Positions 63,610 through 64,000 of a stretch of DNA of 64,000 bases are shown here, piece by piece. Made by a program: the position numbers and the translations under genes. Location: the NCBI RefSeq assembly GCF_026004115.1, contig NZ_BPIM01000001.1:3172594-3236593 (forward strand), written 5' to 3'. The notes beneath the pieces were generated by a model, which saw only the letters and a program-made list of their open reading frames with translations, did not search any database and had not been told where the DNA came from. Each line of letters starts with the position of its first letter. Position 1 is the first letter of the stretch. The stretch is from Meiothermus sp. GTDB lineage: Bacteria > Deinococcota > Deinococci > Deinococcales > Thermaceae.

Positions 63610-64000
63610 CTACCGCTGCCCCAAACGGCGCCCGGCGATAAAGCGGTCTACCCAGCGGTCGGGCAACAAACGAGCCAGAAGGGCCCCTGCTCTGGCATCG
63701 CGCCCCACCACATAGCGGGTCCTGGGACGGGCTGAGGCGAGGGCCTGCGCCACCACCCGGGCTACCTCGTTGGGGTGTAAACCGCTGCCATCTTGCGCCC
63801 GGATGTAGTTCAGGATTCCGTCAATGGCGCGGCCGTACAATCGGATAGCTTCCGGGGGCAGTTGTTGTTTGAGCGCCTCGCCCCAGGCCACCCCCTTGCC
63901 CCAGATGGGGGTTTGGATGTTGCCCGGCTCGATAATCGAGACCTCTATTCCCCACGGCCCCAGCTCCCGCCTGAGGGCATCGCCGATGGCCTCGAGAGCA
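63610..64000 (-). CDS. Short-chain dehydrogenase/reductase, C-terminal part (5' end beyond the window)
   Basis: The frame stays open upstream of the track ORF: ALEAIGDALRRELGPWGIEVSIIEPGNIQTPIWGKG is a typical SDR segment. Confidence 0.7.
   Translation of the reverse strand, partial: ALEAIGDALRRELGPWGIEVSIIEPGNIQTPIWGKGVAWGEALKQQLPPEAIRLYGRAIDGILNYIRAQDGSGLHPNEVARVVAQALASARPRTRYVVGRDARAGALLARLLPDRWVDRFIAGRRLGQR

Overview
This is a high-GC bacterial chromosomal window. The housekeeping proteins (RpoZ, GreA, a second EF-G, class II RNR, Lon) look Thermaceae-like, possibly Meiothermus or Thermus, but that is inference only. Reading left to right: (1) a long minus-strand reductive pyrimidine catabolism operon (preT, preA, dihydropyrimidinase, LysE exporter, ABC ATPase, codA). 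(2) Housekeeping genes: lon, nrdJ, gmk, rpoZ, argR, recN, EF-G2, gatA, miaA, hsp20, tdk. (3) A roughly 20.4 kb CRISPR-Cas island at 31905-52319, the most interesting part. A complete type III-B Cmr module (cmr1, HD-less cas10, cmr3-6) plus a CARF-RelE effector sits inside a type I-C operon, between cas7c and cas4-cas1-cas2. Overlapping stop and start codons tie the genes together. There is no cas6. Cas3 carries an N-terminal HTH-WYL regulator fusion. A single array has 59 repeats of 37 bp. (4) lysS and greA. (5) A marR / tolC-like / tolC-like / MFP / RND efflux operon. Also seen: five copies of a modular MITE-like intergenic repeat, and unusually many disrupted genes. The disruptions are in-frame stops in an LMW-PTP gene and in tdk, and net +1 frameshifts in a GH13 gene, argR, tolC-like gene 1 and the MFP gene. 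These could be real decay or insertion-type sequencing errors. No rRNA or tRNA genes were seen. All calls come from reading the sequence and ORF track by eye; no searches were run.
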